Shown piece after piece: positions 1 through 9,481 of a stretch of DNA of 64,000 nt. The stretch is from Candidatus Moraniibacteriota bacterium (GTDB lineage: Bacteria > Patescibacteriota > Minisyncoccia > Moranbacterales > UBA11712), in the NCBI GenBank assembly GCA_030679895.1, contig JAUXSN010000003.1, forward strand, positions 5,517 to 69,516, written 5' to 3'. A program made the translations under genes and the position numbers. The notes beneath the pieces are model-generated. The model was not told the DNA's origin. It worked only from the letters and a program-made list of their open reading frames with translations, and did not search any database. Position 1 is the stretch's first letter. Every line of letters begins with the position of its first letter.

Positions 1-896
1 ACAAAGACCGGGGAAAGTTCTTTGGAGCTGTAGTATTCGTCCATGGCGCAAAGGCCGGCACAAATTTCGTCCAAAAAACAAGCTTCGCATTTTTTCGGCT
101 TGTCGCGATAAAAATTCTCCTGCACGACCAATCCCCTGCCGTCCAAAAAATACAGGGGACGCAGTTCGTTTTTTACGATTTTTCTCGTCTCCGTCGAAAC
201 GTGCTCGAACCCGGGCATATAGCAAAGCGGCACCCTTTCAATTCGGAAAGTTTTTTTGTTTTTTTCCAGGATTTTGGCCATCCTGACAAGTTCGATTTCA
301 AAATCGGAAAATTTGGGAATTGTGTCCGTGTTTTCCCTGGCTCGCTCCGAAGTCGGGTCAAGATTATTGCAGCTAAAATGGCCGACAAAAGGATAATTCC
401 GGATGATGAATTCCACCAATGAGCTGAGATGGTCGGCGTTATACTTATTGAAAGTGATGTTTATGTCAACTCTCACCTCTTTCATCCCCGACAAATGGCC
501 GAGTGTTTTTTTGATGTTTTCGAGCGAATCTTCTTTTTTGGAAAGAAAGGCCTGGATCTTCGGACGATGGGAATAGATGGAAACATGGACGTGCCTGAGT
601 CCCGCTTTCGCCAAAGACCGGAGATATTTCTTGTCCGCTGTTTTCTGGGCGTTGGTTATCATCTTTGTCTCAATTTTTTTCTTTGAGCAATATCGGATCA
701 GATCGCGAAGGTGTGGATATTTGGTCGGCTCCCCTCCCGTCAGAATCAAGCCGTCATAACCTTTTTTTTGATAAGTATCCACCAGCTTTTTCGCGCTCGC
801 CAAAGACATATCCTTCCACCCCGACGGAGGATTCGAACAAAAACGGCATTCCTGGTCGCATTCTCTGGTTATTTGGATGTAAGCAAAGTTGGCCAT
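1..896 (-). CDS. Radical SAM protein, HxsC-like (3' end runs off window; absent from ORF track)
   Basis: Manual translation from ATG at 896: MANFAYIQITRECDQECRFCSNPPSG...LILTGGEPT...ITN...RVPLCY...KCEACFLDEICAG; CxxxCxxC, GGEP and C-terminal Cys cluster; no stop before position 1. Confidence 0.9.
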   Translation of the reverse strand, partial: MANFAYIQITRECDQECRFCSNPPSGWKDMSLASAKKLVDTYQKKGYDGLILTGGEPTKYPHLRDLIRYCSKKKIETKMITNAQKTADKKYLRSLAKAGLRHVHVSIYSHRPKIQAFLSKKEDSLENIKKTLGHLSGMKEVRVDINITFNKYNADHLSSLVEFIIRNYPFVGHFSCNNLDPTSERARENTDTIPKFSDFEIELVRMAKILEKNKKTFRIERVPLCYMPGFEHVSTETRKIVKNELRPLYFLDGRGLVVQENFYRDKPKKCEACFLDEICAGLCAMDEYYSSKELSPVF

Positions 897-903
897 AATA
901 TTT

Positions 904-1842
904 TTAGCGATGGTTTTTTTTCAAATACTTCCGAATGTCCCCGAAAAATCGGCGGTAAGGCGAGGGCAGAACTTCTTTCACCGGCTTATATCTCAGCCTC
1001 AAAGCCGTGTAAAAAAACAGGAACGAATCAAGCTGCTCCATGTCTTTCCGAGAAAAACGGAGGGAGGGCAGCAACTTGCGGTTGATGCTGTTCATATATC
1101 TTATAAGATTCGCGACATCTCTTGTGTTGTCGTGGGCCGTCCGAAAAATTTCGAAACGGAGATCGTCAAGCCCGACGCTGTCGAAATCAATCATTAAGAG
1201 CTTTTTTTTGTGATAAACCAGATTCTTGTCAGTGCAATCTCCATGGCAGACTTTCAGATCCTTGTATACTGCAAAGTATTCATTCGCTTTTTTTTCCAAT
1301 TCGTCAAAATCATTGAAAAAAATTTTAAGCTTTTTCCTATGTTCATTGTCGCCCAAAACTTCCCTAAATTCAACTTCGTGTCTTTTGAATTTTTCGGCGT
1401 TTAGTTTTTTTGCAAGGCGTTTGTCGGAATTGACAATGTTATAAAAAGAAGAAAACAAGCTGATTTCTTTCCCTCTTTTGTTCTTTACTTTGGAAAGATC
1501 GCTTTTGACAAAAGGGAAGAGCTGGACCGCGGAATCGTTTTTATGTGTGACAAAACCGCCGCGTTTGTTTCTTGCCGGATAAAGAGCGGGAAATTTTTTT
1601 TTCAAAAGAAGATCATAAAGATCGTTTAGTAATGCCATATTTCCAAAATCGCTGGCTCCCACTTTCAAAAACCATTCCCGCCCCTCTTCGTCTTTTAGGA
1701 TAAAGTGGTTTGGCCTCACTCTGTTTTTGTAGTAAAACGGGCTCAGGTCTGAAATTTTTATGCCGGAATAATCTTCGGACACTGTTTGTTTTATGAATTT
1801 TTCCATTTTCATTGGCATATTATTTTTGTTAAATAGTGGCAA
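904..1842 (-). CDS. Aminoglycoside phosphotransferase/choline kinase-like (protein kinase fold) enzyme
   Basis: WFLK (catalytic Lys), CHGDCTDKN (HGDxxxxN) and MIDFD (DFD) motifs. Confidence 0.8.
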   Translation of the reverse strand: MPLFNKNNMPMKMEKFIKQTVSEDYSGIKISDLSPFYYKNRVRPNHFILKDEEGREWFLKVGASDFGNMALLNDLYDLLLKKKFPALYPARNKRGGFVTHKNDSAVQLFPFVKSDLSKVKNKRGKEISLFSSFYNIVNSDKRLAKKLNAEKFKRHEVEFREVLGDNEHRKKLKIFFNDFDELEKKANEYFAVYKDLKVCHGDCTDKNLVYHKKKLLMIDFDSVGLDDLRFEIFRTAHDNTRDVANLIRYMNSINRKLLPSLRFSRKDMEQLDSFLFFYTALRLRYKPVKEVLPSPYRRFFGDIRKYLKKNHR

Positions 1843-1853
1843 ATTTTGGCGTC

Positions 1854-4055
1854 TTATTTTTTGGATAATTCCCCGTAGCGCCGATGCAAGAAAGTTTTCA
1901 AAGCGGGAGAAATTGACTTAAAAGGTTTTATCTCCTTATCCCCGTAAAGATCCAGGTATAATTTAGGAACACCTCTGCAAAAATAAGATAATTTGCAATT
2001 TTCACATTTCGATGATTTCGAAAGACGGCCTCTAGCTGTATCACTATAACGATTATAAGTCGAGTCTTCAATAGCTACACCATTTGATGAAATCTTAACG
2101 ACCGCGCTTCTAAGAGCAGGTAAAAAAAGTTCATTAAATTTTTTATTGTCTTTAGCGAACAAAATTTTCAAATATGAATCAGGGAGAACGCAAAAGGGAA
2201 TGTCGAACTTCGCCCTTGGCATGAAAGCTTCCTTATTCAATATCATTCTTATGTCAGCATACCGAGGGCAGACCCGGCCATAATCGGTCGCGTCGGAGTT
2301 CACCGGCCTGACTTTTCTGAAGTCAATCCTGCGAAGTTTTAGTTTTTTTACAATAAATTTATAGATGTCCGGAACAACTGAATAATTTTGTTTCAGCAAA
2401 AGGGAGTGCAGAACTATTTCGACATTCGGATTTTTTTTCAAGTTTTTGATCGCGTTCATCAGTTTATTGAAGCTCCCTTTCGTTCTTGTTATCTGATCAT
2501 GTATTTTTTGGTTTTGGCCATAAATAGGCAATTCAAATCTACCAACGCCCGAGCGCACAATCAAATTTGTGAAAGATCCAGACGCCAGTTCCATCCCCGT
2601 TGTTTCCAAAGATATCTTTTTAAATCCGATTTTTTTCGCGTGCCTGATAATCTGCAAAATTCCGTCGCATTTTAAGGGTTCATTTCCTCCTATGCACAAC
2701 CGCACAGCATCGGGATAACACTCCCTGATGAGCAAGAGATAGAATTTCAAATCGTCGAGATCAAAAACAACTTTTTCATTTTTCATCTTGGAAATTTTGT
2801 CCCGGGAAGAAACAGCTCCCGAGCAAAAAACGCAATTGAGGTCACAATGGGAAACGCCGCTCAGACTCAGCAAGATGCTTGAGTTTTCAGCTATCTCAGC
2901 TGAGAAGGGTCTTAGCATTTTCAAGCCGTTCTCTTTTGCGAAATCGGCCGGCACGCCGTCACATTTTTTGTCGAATTTGCATATATTGCATTTTTGCCCT
3001 TTGGCAAAAAATCTGAAATTTATAAAAAAATAAAAAAAATCAAATATACCGCCTCCTGACAGCTCGCGAATTTTTTTGGAATCGTAGCGACCCGGATTTT
3101 TTTTTGGATAGCAGAAACTATTTTTGAAATTAAGCTTTTTGTCTTGCACCAATTCGCGCAAATCGCGGCAAAATTCATCGGCCGGACAGTGCCGGCACCT
3201 TTCCTCGAAGCAGGGAATTTTTCCTTTTCCGAAAATAAATTCATTAAACATTCCTTCCCAGCATCCCAATACCGTATAGGGATCGAAGGGATAGTGGAAA
3301 AATTTTTCCAAATGATCTAGATACTTTGACGGATATCCATCCAGCTCAACGGTTATGTTCTTTTCGACAGAAAATTTGAGGACTTTTCTTATATAGGACA
3401 TATCCTCATTCGGCCTTGTTATTAGACTGTCACGATTTTTCCAGGCTCTCCCAAGAGGTAAAATTCTGTGCAAATATAATTTATTTATTCCTAATTTTTC
3501 AAAATATTCGACCATTTCAAGCAAATGAAAGAAATTGAGTTTGTTGACTACGACAGAGATATTGACTTTCAAATTTTTCATCTTTATGGCATTTTGCAGT
3601 CCCGCGAACGTTTGCTTGAATGATCCCTTTATTTGAGATTGGGATTCATGCAGTTCTTTGGAATGTCCGTGAATCGAGAAAGTTATTTCGTCCATTCCGT
3701 TGTTGGCCGCCGACATCAAAAAATCGTGATAGGCAAACATTCTTCCATTGGTAACAACTTGAACATGCGAGTAGCCCATTTTTTTAGCCGCACCGATAAT
3801 TTCTATAAAATCCGGATGGATGGTCGGCTCGCCTCCGGAAAAAATGACTTCCTTGATCTTTTTTCCTCTGCCTTCCAGTAATTTATTTTTAATTTCCTGC
3901 TTGGATATTATGGATCCATCCTGATTATCGCTATCCAAACAAAAAAGGCACTTGTTATTGCAAGTTTTTGTCAGCCGGATCCAATGCTTTCGTCCTATCG
4001 AATCCTTCTCTCGACTGGCAATACTGCGGTGTTTCAATATTTTTTTTCTCTCCAT
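1854..4055 (-). CDS. Tandem double radical SAM protein (two HxsC-like domains)
   Basis: CNNKCLFC+SGGEPT in N-half, CDLNCVFC+GGNEPL in C-half; Cys clusters CFEERCRHC..FC, CNICKFDKKC, CENCKLSYFC. Confidence 0.9.
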   Translation of the reverse strand: MERKKILKHRSIASREKDSIGRKHWIRLTKTCNNKCLFCLDSDNQDGSIISKQEIKNKLLEGRGKKIKEVIFSGGEPTIHPDFIEIIGAAKKMGYSHVQVVTNGRMFAYHDFLMSAANNGMDEITFSIHGHSKELHESQSQIKGSFKQTFAGLQNAIKMKNLKVNISVVVNKLNFFHLLEMVEYFEKLGINKLYLHRILPLGRAWKNRDSLITRPNEDMSYIRKVLKFSVEKNITVELDGYPSKYLDHLEKFFHYPFDPYTVLGCWEGMFNEFIFGKGKIPCFEERCRHCPADEFCRDLRELVQDKKLNFKNSFCYPKKNPGRYDSKKIRELSGGGIFDFFYFFINFRFFAKGQKCNICKFDKKCDGVPADFAKENGLKMLRPFSAEIAENSSILLSLSGVSHCDLNCVFCSGAVSSRDKISKMKNEKVVFDLDDLKFYLLLIRECYPDAVRLCIGGNEPLKCDGILQIIRHAKKIGFKKISLETTGMELASGSFTNLIVRSGVGRFELPIYGQNQKIHDQITRTKGSFNKLMNAIKNLKKNPNVEIVLHSLLLKQNYSVVPDIYKFIVKKLKLRRIDFRKVRPVNSDATDYGRVCPRYADIRMILNKEAFMPRAKFDIPFCVLPDSYLKILFAKDNKKFNELFLPALRSAVVKISSNGVAIEDSTYNRYSDTARGRLSKSSKCENCKLSYFCRGVPKLYLDLYGDKEIKPFKSISPALKTFLHRRYGELSKK

Positions 4056-4065
4056 CGAATAATAC

Positions 4066-6141
4066 TCACCGCTTAGAATGATTTTTTATGGGCGTGAATT
4101 CGGAATCACCGTATAAATTGAGGTAGGCTTCAGGGACTCCCTGGCAATAGCTGTCTAATTCACATTTTTCACATTTTTCGCATTTGGAAAAACCGGCTGG
4201 TTTCGTCTCTTGATCGCCAAAGTCATTTACTTTTATACCCGCCGCGGAAATTCTCACCATCTTGATAGAATTGTCGAAAAGATCGCGCCTTCTGTCGGCC
4301 GGCAAAAGGCAAAAGGGCAGCTCGATTCTGGCCCCGGGTGCCAGCTTGGCACCGCTGAATGCTTTTTTGATTTCAGAATAACGGGGACAATTTCGCGCAT
4401 AATCCGCCAAATCGCTGCTTCGAGGCAATAGTTTTCTGAAACTCAATTTTCCGACGCCTAGATTCCTAGTGACATAATCATGGATCTCAAGAACAAACGA
4501 ATAATTTTTTTTCAGAAGCAATGTGCGCATCTCTATTTCAACTCCCGGATAATCTTTTAGGATTTTCACCGCCTTAATCAGACGGGAAAAACTTCCCTTT
4601 CTGCCCGTTATTGAATCGTGCAATTTGGCGTTATGGCCGTAAATAGGCAACCTGAAACTCCTCACGCCCGCACCGATCAACTCTTTGACTTTTTTTTCGT
4701 CGACCAGCCCAAAGCCGGTGCTGGACAAGGCAATTTCCCGAAAACCCAATTTTTTCGCGTATCCGACCAGTTCGACCAAGTCGGGACAATTGAGAGGTTC
4801 GTCTCCGGTGACAATCAATTTCCCCGCCGAAAAAAATTTTCGGGCTTCGGCCAAATTTCGTTTTATTTTTTCCAAACCGGGATGATGTTCTTCATTTTTC
4901 TTGGGACGCAAAGTCCGGAAACAAAATATGCAGCGCAAATCGCATTTCGTTATTTCCTTGAGATCAAGGAAAAACTCCGTATTTTTTCCCCTTCCCGAAA
5001 CCAAGGGTTTCAGAATTTTCAATCCTTTTTCTATGACATAATCGCAAGGGGCGCCGTCGCATTTTTTTTTCAGATCGCAAAATTCGCATTTTTCGCTTTT
5101 GATGAAATATCTGTTGTCGATGAAGAAGTCCAACAGACGGAAGAGGCTGGCTTGGAGATTTTTTTTGTTTATTTTGATTGTCTTTTCTTCCATTTTATCC
5201 GGAACACAAATAGGCATTTTTTTGGAAACCAGCTTTCCTTCTTTTTTGAAACGGATCAGGTCGTCGCAAAAATCGCCAAGGAAGCAATGGACGCATCTTT
5301 CTCCACGGCAGGACATTTTTCGCCCGTTCTTCAAAAAATCTTCGAACATTCTTTGTCTTCCCTTTACTTCATCATGCATCTTTTTCGGATTTTGAATCAG
5401 ATCCTCAAAGCCTTCAAGATACCGGGGAGGAAACCTATTGGTCCAGATGAATATTTCCCGATTTTTTGAAAATTGAAAGGCCTCTTTCAAGTTTGGCAGG
5501 GCTTTTTCGATGTCATAAAACAATTTATTTCTGTTTTCCCAGGCTCTGCCAAAAGGAATGATTTGGAGAAGATCAAACTCTCGCACGCCAAAATTGATGA
5601 AATATTTGAGGATATCCGCCAAATTTTCAACATTCATTCCGTTTATAACAATATCCTGATTGACAATCAGGCCGTCAACGACAAGCGCGTTTTTGAGACC
5701 GATTAGCGCTTGTTTGAATGACCCTTTGATTTGCGTGAGGCTGTCATGAAGTTCTTCCGTATGGCCATGGATGGAAAAAGTTATTTCATTAACACCCGCT
5801 CTGATGGAAGAAATAAGAAAATCCCGATAAGCAAACATTCGGCCGTTTGTTATGACTTGAATATGCTTGTATCCCATATCTTTCGCCATTTTGACAATTT
5901 CAATGAATTCCGGATGAATGGTTGCTTCTCCGCCACTCAGAACAACCTGATCGATTTTTTTCTTTCTGCCTTCTCGAAATTTTTCCCTGATTTCATCTTG
6001 AGTCAAAACAGTTCCGTTCTGTGCTTCTTTGTCCAGACAAAAAATACAGTTGTTGTTGCAAACTCTAGTCAAACGAACCCAATGCTTTTTTTTCGCGGCC
6101 GCCTGCTCTTTTTTTTCGATTTTCAGGAAGTTTTTTTTCAT
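4066..6141 (-). CDS. Tandem double radical SAM protein (paralog of 1854..4055)
   Basis: CNNNCIFC+SGGEAT and CDLRCIFC+TGDEPL; collinear with neighbour (KHWVRLTRVCNNNCIFCLD vs KHWIRLTKTCNNKCLFCLD). Confidence 0.9.
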   Translation of the reverse strand: MKKNFLKIEKKEQAAAKKKHWVRLTRVCNNNCIFCLDKEAQNGTVLTQDEIREKFREGRKKKIDQVVLSGGEATIHPEFIEIVKMAKDMGYKHIQVITNGRMFAYRDFLISSIRAGVNEITFSIHGHTEELHDSLTQIKGSFKQALIGLKNALVVDGLIVNQDIVINGMNVENLADILKYFINFGVREFDLLQIIPFGRAWENRNKLFYDIEKALPNLKEAFQFSKNREIFIWTNRFPPRYLEGFEDLIQNPKKMHDEVKGRQRMFEDFLKNGRKMSCRGERCVHCFLGDFCDDLIRFKKEGKLVSKKMPICVPDKMEEKTIKINKKNLQASLFRLLDFFIDNRYFIKSEKCEFCDLKKKCDGAPCDYVIEKGLKILKPLVSGRGKNTEFFLDLKEITKCDLRCIFCFRTLRPKKNEEHHPGLEKIKRNLAEARKFFSAGKLIVTGDEPLNCPDLVELVGYAKKLGFREIALSSTGFGLVDEKKVKELIGAGVRSFRLPIYGHNAKLHDSITGRKGSFSRLIKAVKILKDYPGVEIEMRTLLLKKNYSFVLEIHDYVTRNLGVGKLSFRKLLPRSSDLADYARNCPRYSEIKKAFSGAKLAPGARIELPFCLLPADRRRDLFDNSIKMVRISAAGIKVNDFGDQETKPAGFSKCEKCEKCELDSYCQGVPEAYLNLYGDSEFTPIKNHSKR

Positions 6142-6158
6142 ATCAGCGTGGGAAAAAT

Positions 6159-7577
6159 TTATTTTTTCGCCATCGATTCATAAGCGAAAAAGGAAGCAAA
6201 AATGAATTTTTCTCCGGAATCTTTGAAGAAAAGTTCAAAGACGCCCTTTTTTTCTCTCATTTTTTTCTTTTTTTTCAAGGCGTTCATCGCATAAGGGAAA
6301 ACATCGATGATCTCCTTGTCGAATATTCCGGCGAATTCTCTCGGGCGCAGAATATTTCCGTGTTCCATGGAGCTGATGACGAACCTTAGCATTTCATCGT
6401 TCGCCGAAAGTTTTCTCCCGGAGTATATTTTTATTTCCGGATCGAACCTTGATTGGGAAGCACTCTGCTGGTATTCCAGTGTGCCGCGCAGATATGACCT
6501 TGAAAAAGGGCCCAGCCCGAAAGTGGAGGATGGAGAGCTGGATGAAAATTCTCCGCCGTATTCCCTGCCTCGGCTTTTTCGGGGATTGAATTTTTTCAGT
6601 TGCCTTATGTCGTTGAACTGCCAAAAAAAATCCATGGAGCCGAAAGGCCTGGCATCATATCCGTTCTTTCCCGCTATATCATACGCTTTTTTCAACAATT
6701 TCGGAATTTTTTTCGGATAATAGGTTTTGAAATATTGCGGATAATTCATCTTGAAATGGCTGGCCAGATATTTATCACTGGGCGGATAAAGACCATAAAC
6801 TGTTATCGTCGTTGGCCGCATTGCAGTCAATTTTTGAAAGCTATCCGCAAAGGTATCCGGCGTATCAGTGGAAAATCCCGCGATCAGATCAGCGTTGACA
6901 ATATCAAATTTGTTTTTTTTCGCCGTTTCGATGGCCTTCTTGACGGTTTCATATTTTTGAGAATCTCGACGGTTGAACAAAAGGATTTTCTCGCTGAAAG
7001 ACTGCACGCCGAAACTGATTCGATTGAAGCCAAATTTTCTCAAAAGGGATATTTTTGACAATTCGCCGACGCTCGAGTTGAATTCATACGTCCAGATCCG
7101 TTCTTTCGGGTCGTCGGCAAAATTGAAATTTCTGAAAAGGGCGGAAAACAGCTTTTCTATTTGCGCGGAACTCAAGATATTGGGAGTTCCGCCGCCGAAG
7201 TATATGTTTCTGAATTTTATTTTTGAGAAAGTTTTTCGGAAAAAACGGAAATTTTCGATCAAATATTCAACGTATTCATCCAATTTCTTTTCGTCTTTCA
7301 GCTCCCAGGAAGGAAAACTGCAATATTCGCACCGGGAACGGCAAAAGGGCGTGTGAACATAGAAGTTGATATTTCCAAGGACTTCCTGACCCTTGTTCGC
7401 CCGAATAAAATTCTCCCAATATTTTTTGATTTCGGAAGCGGCATACTTTTCATCATATTTTGGAAGCGTATAAAGCCGGCTGATGTTATAGTAGTAGCCG
7501 TTTTTCTCAAGAAAGTCCTTGAAAAAGGAAATCTGTTTTTCCAAATCCCTATTTGATATTTTTGGCGCGTCGGTCAT
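6159..7577 (-). CDS. HemN-like (class C) radical SAM protein
   Basis: YVHTPFCRSRCEYC, YFGGGTP, RISFGVQSF, NADLIAG motifs. Confidence 0.85.
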   Translation of the reverse strand: MTDAPKISNRDLEKQISFFKDFLEKNGYYYNISRLYTLPKYDEKYAASEIKKYWENFIRANKGQEVLGNINFYVHTPFCRSRCEYCSFPSWELKDEKKLDEYVEYLIENFRFFRKTFSKIKFRNIYFGGGTPNILSSAQIEKLFSALFRNFNFADDPKERIWTYEFNSSVGELSKISLLRKFGFNRISFGVQSFSEKILLFNRRDSQKYETVKKAIETAKKNKFDIVNADLIAGFSTDTPDTFADSFQKLTAMRPTTITVYGLYPPSDKYLASHFKMNYPQYFKTYYPKKIPKLLKKAYDIAGKNGYDARPFGSMDFFWQFNDIRQLKKFNPRKSRGREYGGEFSSSSPSSTFGLGPFSRSYLRGTLEYQQSASQSRFDPEIKIYSGRKLSANDEMLRFVISSMEHGNILRPREFAGIFDKEIIDVFPYAMNALKKKKKMREKKGVFELFFKDSGEKFIFASFFAYESMAKK

Positions 7578-8515
7578 ATTTTTTTGACTGGCTTAAATTC
7601 TTTCCACCCTCTTCTTCGGACGTAGGCTTCCCAGACTCCGCTGCAGGAGTCAAAAAATCGGCATTCCGCGCACTCCGACCCCTTGATTTTTTTCGGCCAC
7701 TTGACGGAAGTCGGCTTGATCGCTTCTGACTTCGCGTTCTTTCTTCTCACGGCCGATTCATACTCGATAATGTTGCGTTCGGCTCCGGGAAGGACGCAGG
7801 GAGGAAGTCCGAGGACAAGTATTTCCGGACGACGGTTTTTCAGCCGCTTTTCAAACTTTTTCAAAACTCTCGCCACTTCTTTTCCGACTTTGAAATAACG
7901 TGGCACGATCTGCTCAAAGTATCTGTCGGCTCTTCCTTCCGGCAGCACCGTGTTGAATACGATCCCCTCAACGCCGTCGAAAGTCAGCATGAGCCGAAGA
8001 TAATTTTCCATGTCGCGATAATTTATTTTATTCAGCAAAAAATTGACAAAGAATCGGAAAGGGTATTTTTTGGCGAAAAAAGACAAATTGCACAGACCAA
8101 AAAAAGTTTCCTCAAAACTTCCCGGCACTCTCGTAATCGCATCATGCACTTCTTTTTTGCTCCCGTGAAGGGAAACGCTGATCTCGTTGAGGCCGGCTTT
8201 GAGCAAATTCTCGCAGAATTTTTTGTCCGCCAGCTTTCGACCGTTCGTGATGAGATCGACTTTCTTGTAGCCATATTTCATGGCCAGCTTAATAAGATCC
8301 GGAAGGGCGGGATTCAGCGTCGGTTCTCCGGAAGAGAACAAAACCCGGTCAATTTTTCCCCGCATCGCCTTGAGATCATTTTCCGCATATTTCTTCAAAT
8401 TTTTGAATTCGGCCCGATTCTGCTTGTGAAGATCCGAGCAAAACAAGCACCCGTTGTTGCAGTGGGAATTCGTCAAAATATGCAGTCTTTTTTCTTTTAT
8501 CTCTTTGACAGACAT
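7574..8515 (-). CDS. Radical SAM protein, HxsC-like
   Basis: CNNGCLFC, SSGEPT, ITNGR, LPPC, C-terminal CAECRFFDSCSG; ATGA overlap with next gene. Confidence 0.9.
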   Translation of the reverse strand: MSVKEIKEKRLHILTNSHCNNGCLFCSDLHKQNRAEFKNLKKYAENDLKAMRGKIDRVLFSSGEPTLNPALPDLIKLAMKYGYKKVDLITNGRKLADKKFCENLLKAGLNEISVSLHGSKKEVHDAITRVPGSFEETFFGLCNLSFFAKKYPFRFFVNFLLNKINYRDMENYLRLMLTFDGVEGIVFNTVLPEGRADRYFEQIVPRYFKVGKEVARVLKKFEKRLKNRRPEILVLGLPPCVLPGAERNIIEYESAVRRKNAKSEAIKPTSVKWPKKIKGSECAECRFFDSCSGVWEAYVRRRGWKEFKPVKKI

Positions 8516-8524
8516 ACTGGTTTT

Positions 8525-9481
8525 TTATTGGACGATTAGTTCCCCGTCCCCAAACTCTTGATAATATTTTTCGAAAATGCCCGGACAAAAATCTTTTTTC
8601 GAGCACCTCAGGCATTTGTCCGGTTTCATGACTCCTTTCAGGGGCTTGAACCCTTCGGTCTCGGCCAAAACGGTCCTTTTGTCCCTTCTAATTTTTTTGA
8701 GGGTGATTTGAAAATGCCATTTAGTGTCACTGGAGCGATCTTTAAGCTCTCCTAGGACACAAACCGGCAAACCGAAAAATTTTATTTTTCGGGATTTTTT
8801 TGCAACCAGTCTCGCGAGTAATGGAATTTTTTTTCTTATTTCGCCCAAAGGCACGACCAGATTCCGATAATTTTCCAGCGCCCGGCCTTCCGGAGCCAGA
8901 CCGGAAAACAATATTTTTTTCACTCTCTTATATCGACTGATAAAATCAATTATTCGGGTGAGTTTGGAAAAGTTATGTTTCGTTATCAAAATCCTCGCTG
9001 AAATTTTTGTTTCTGCCGGAATTTTTTCGACATTTTCCAAAGACTTTTTCAGTATGGAGAAACTTTTTCCGTTTCGAGTATGAAGGTTGTGCAGCCTGTC
9101 GATATGTCCGTAGATTGAGAAAGACAAATAGTCGATATGCGGCATAATTTTTCGGCAAAAATTTTCCTCGGAAAATCTTCCGCCGTCAGAATTGACGAAA
9201 ACCTGATAGCGCAATCTCTTGGCAAGTTTTGCTATTTCCACAATGTCGGGATGCAAAGTCGGCTCCCCGCCGGTGAGAACCAAAAAATTGAAACCCGCTT
9301 TCGCCCGTTTTTTTATCTCCCTTTCCACTTCCGCTTTCGCGACAAACTGGCCCTTGAAGTCTTCCAGCAGATCCTTTTCTCCGCAAAAAATGCAATTGTT
9401 GCGGCAAGAAGAGGAAATATAAAATTCCAGGCGTTTGATTTCGCTGTTTCTTTCTTCAATATTTCGTATATTTTTTTTCAT
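8525..9481 (-). CDS. Radical SAM protein, HxsC-like
   Basis: CRNNCIFC, TGGEPT, LPVC, C-terminal CLRCSKKDFCPG. Confidence 0.9.
   Translation of the reverse strand: MKKNIRNIEERNSEIKRLEFYISSSCRNNCIFCGEKDLLEDFKGQFVAKAEVEREIKKRAKAGFNFLVLTGGEPTLHPDIVEIAKLAKRLRYQVFVNSDGGRFSEENFCRKIMPHIDYLSFSIYGHIDRLHNLHTRNGKSFSILKKSLENVEKIPAETKISARILITKHNFSKLTRIIDFISRYKRVKKILFSGLAPEGRALENYRNLVVPLGEIRKKIPLLARLVAKKSRKIKFFGLPVCVLGELKDRSSDTKWHFQITLKKIRRDKRTVLAETEGFKPLKGVMKPDKCLRCSKKDFCPGIFEKYYQEFGDGELIVQ

Noticed and set aside
4618-5469. Long antisense ORFs (e.g. 4618..5469, 54305..55105, 61675..62718)
   Set aside because: They largely or fully overlap well-supported genes on the opposite strand and have no recognisable motifs
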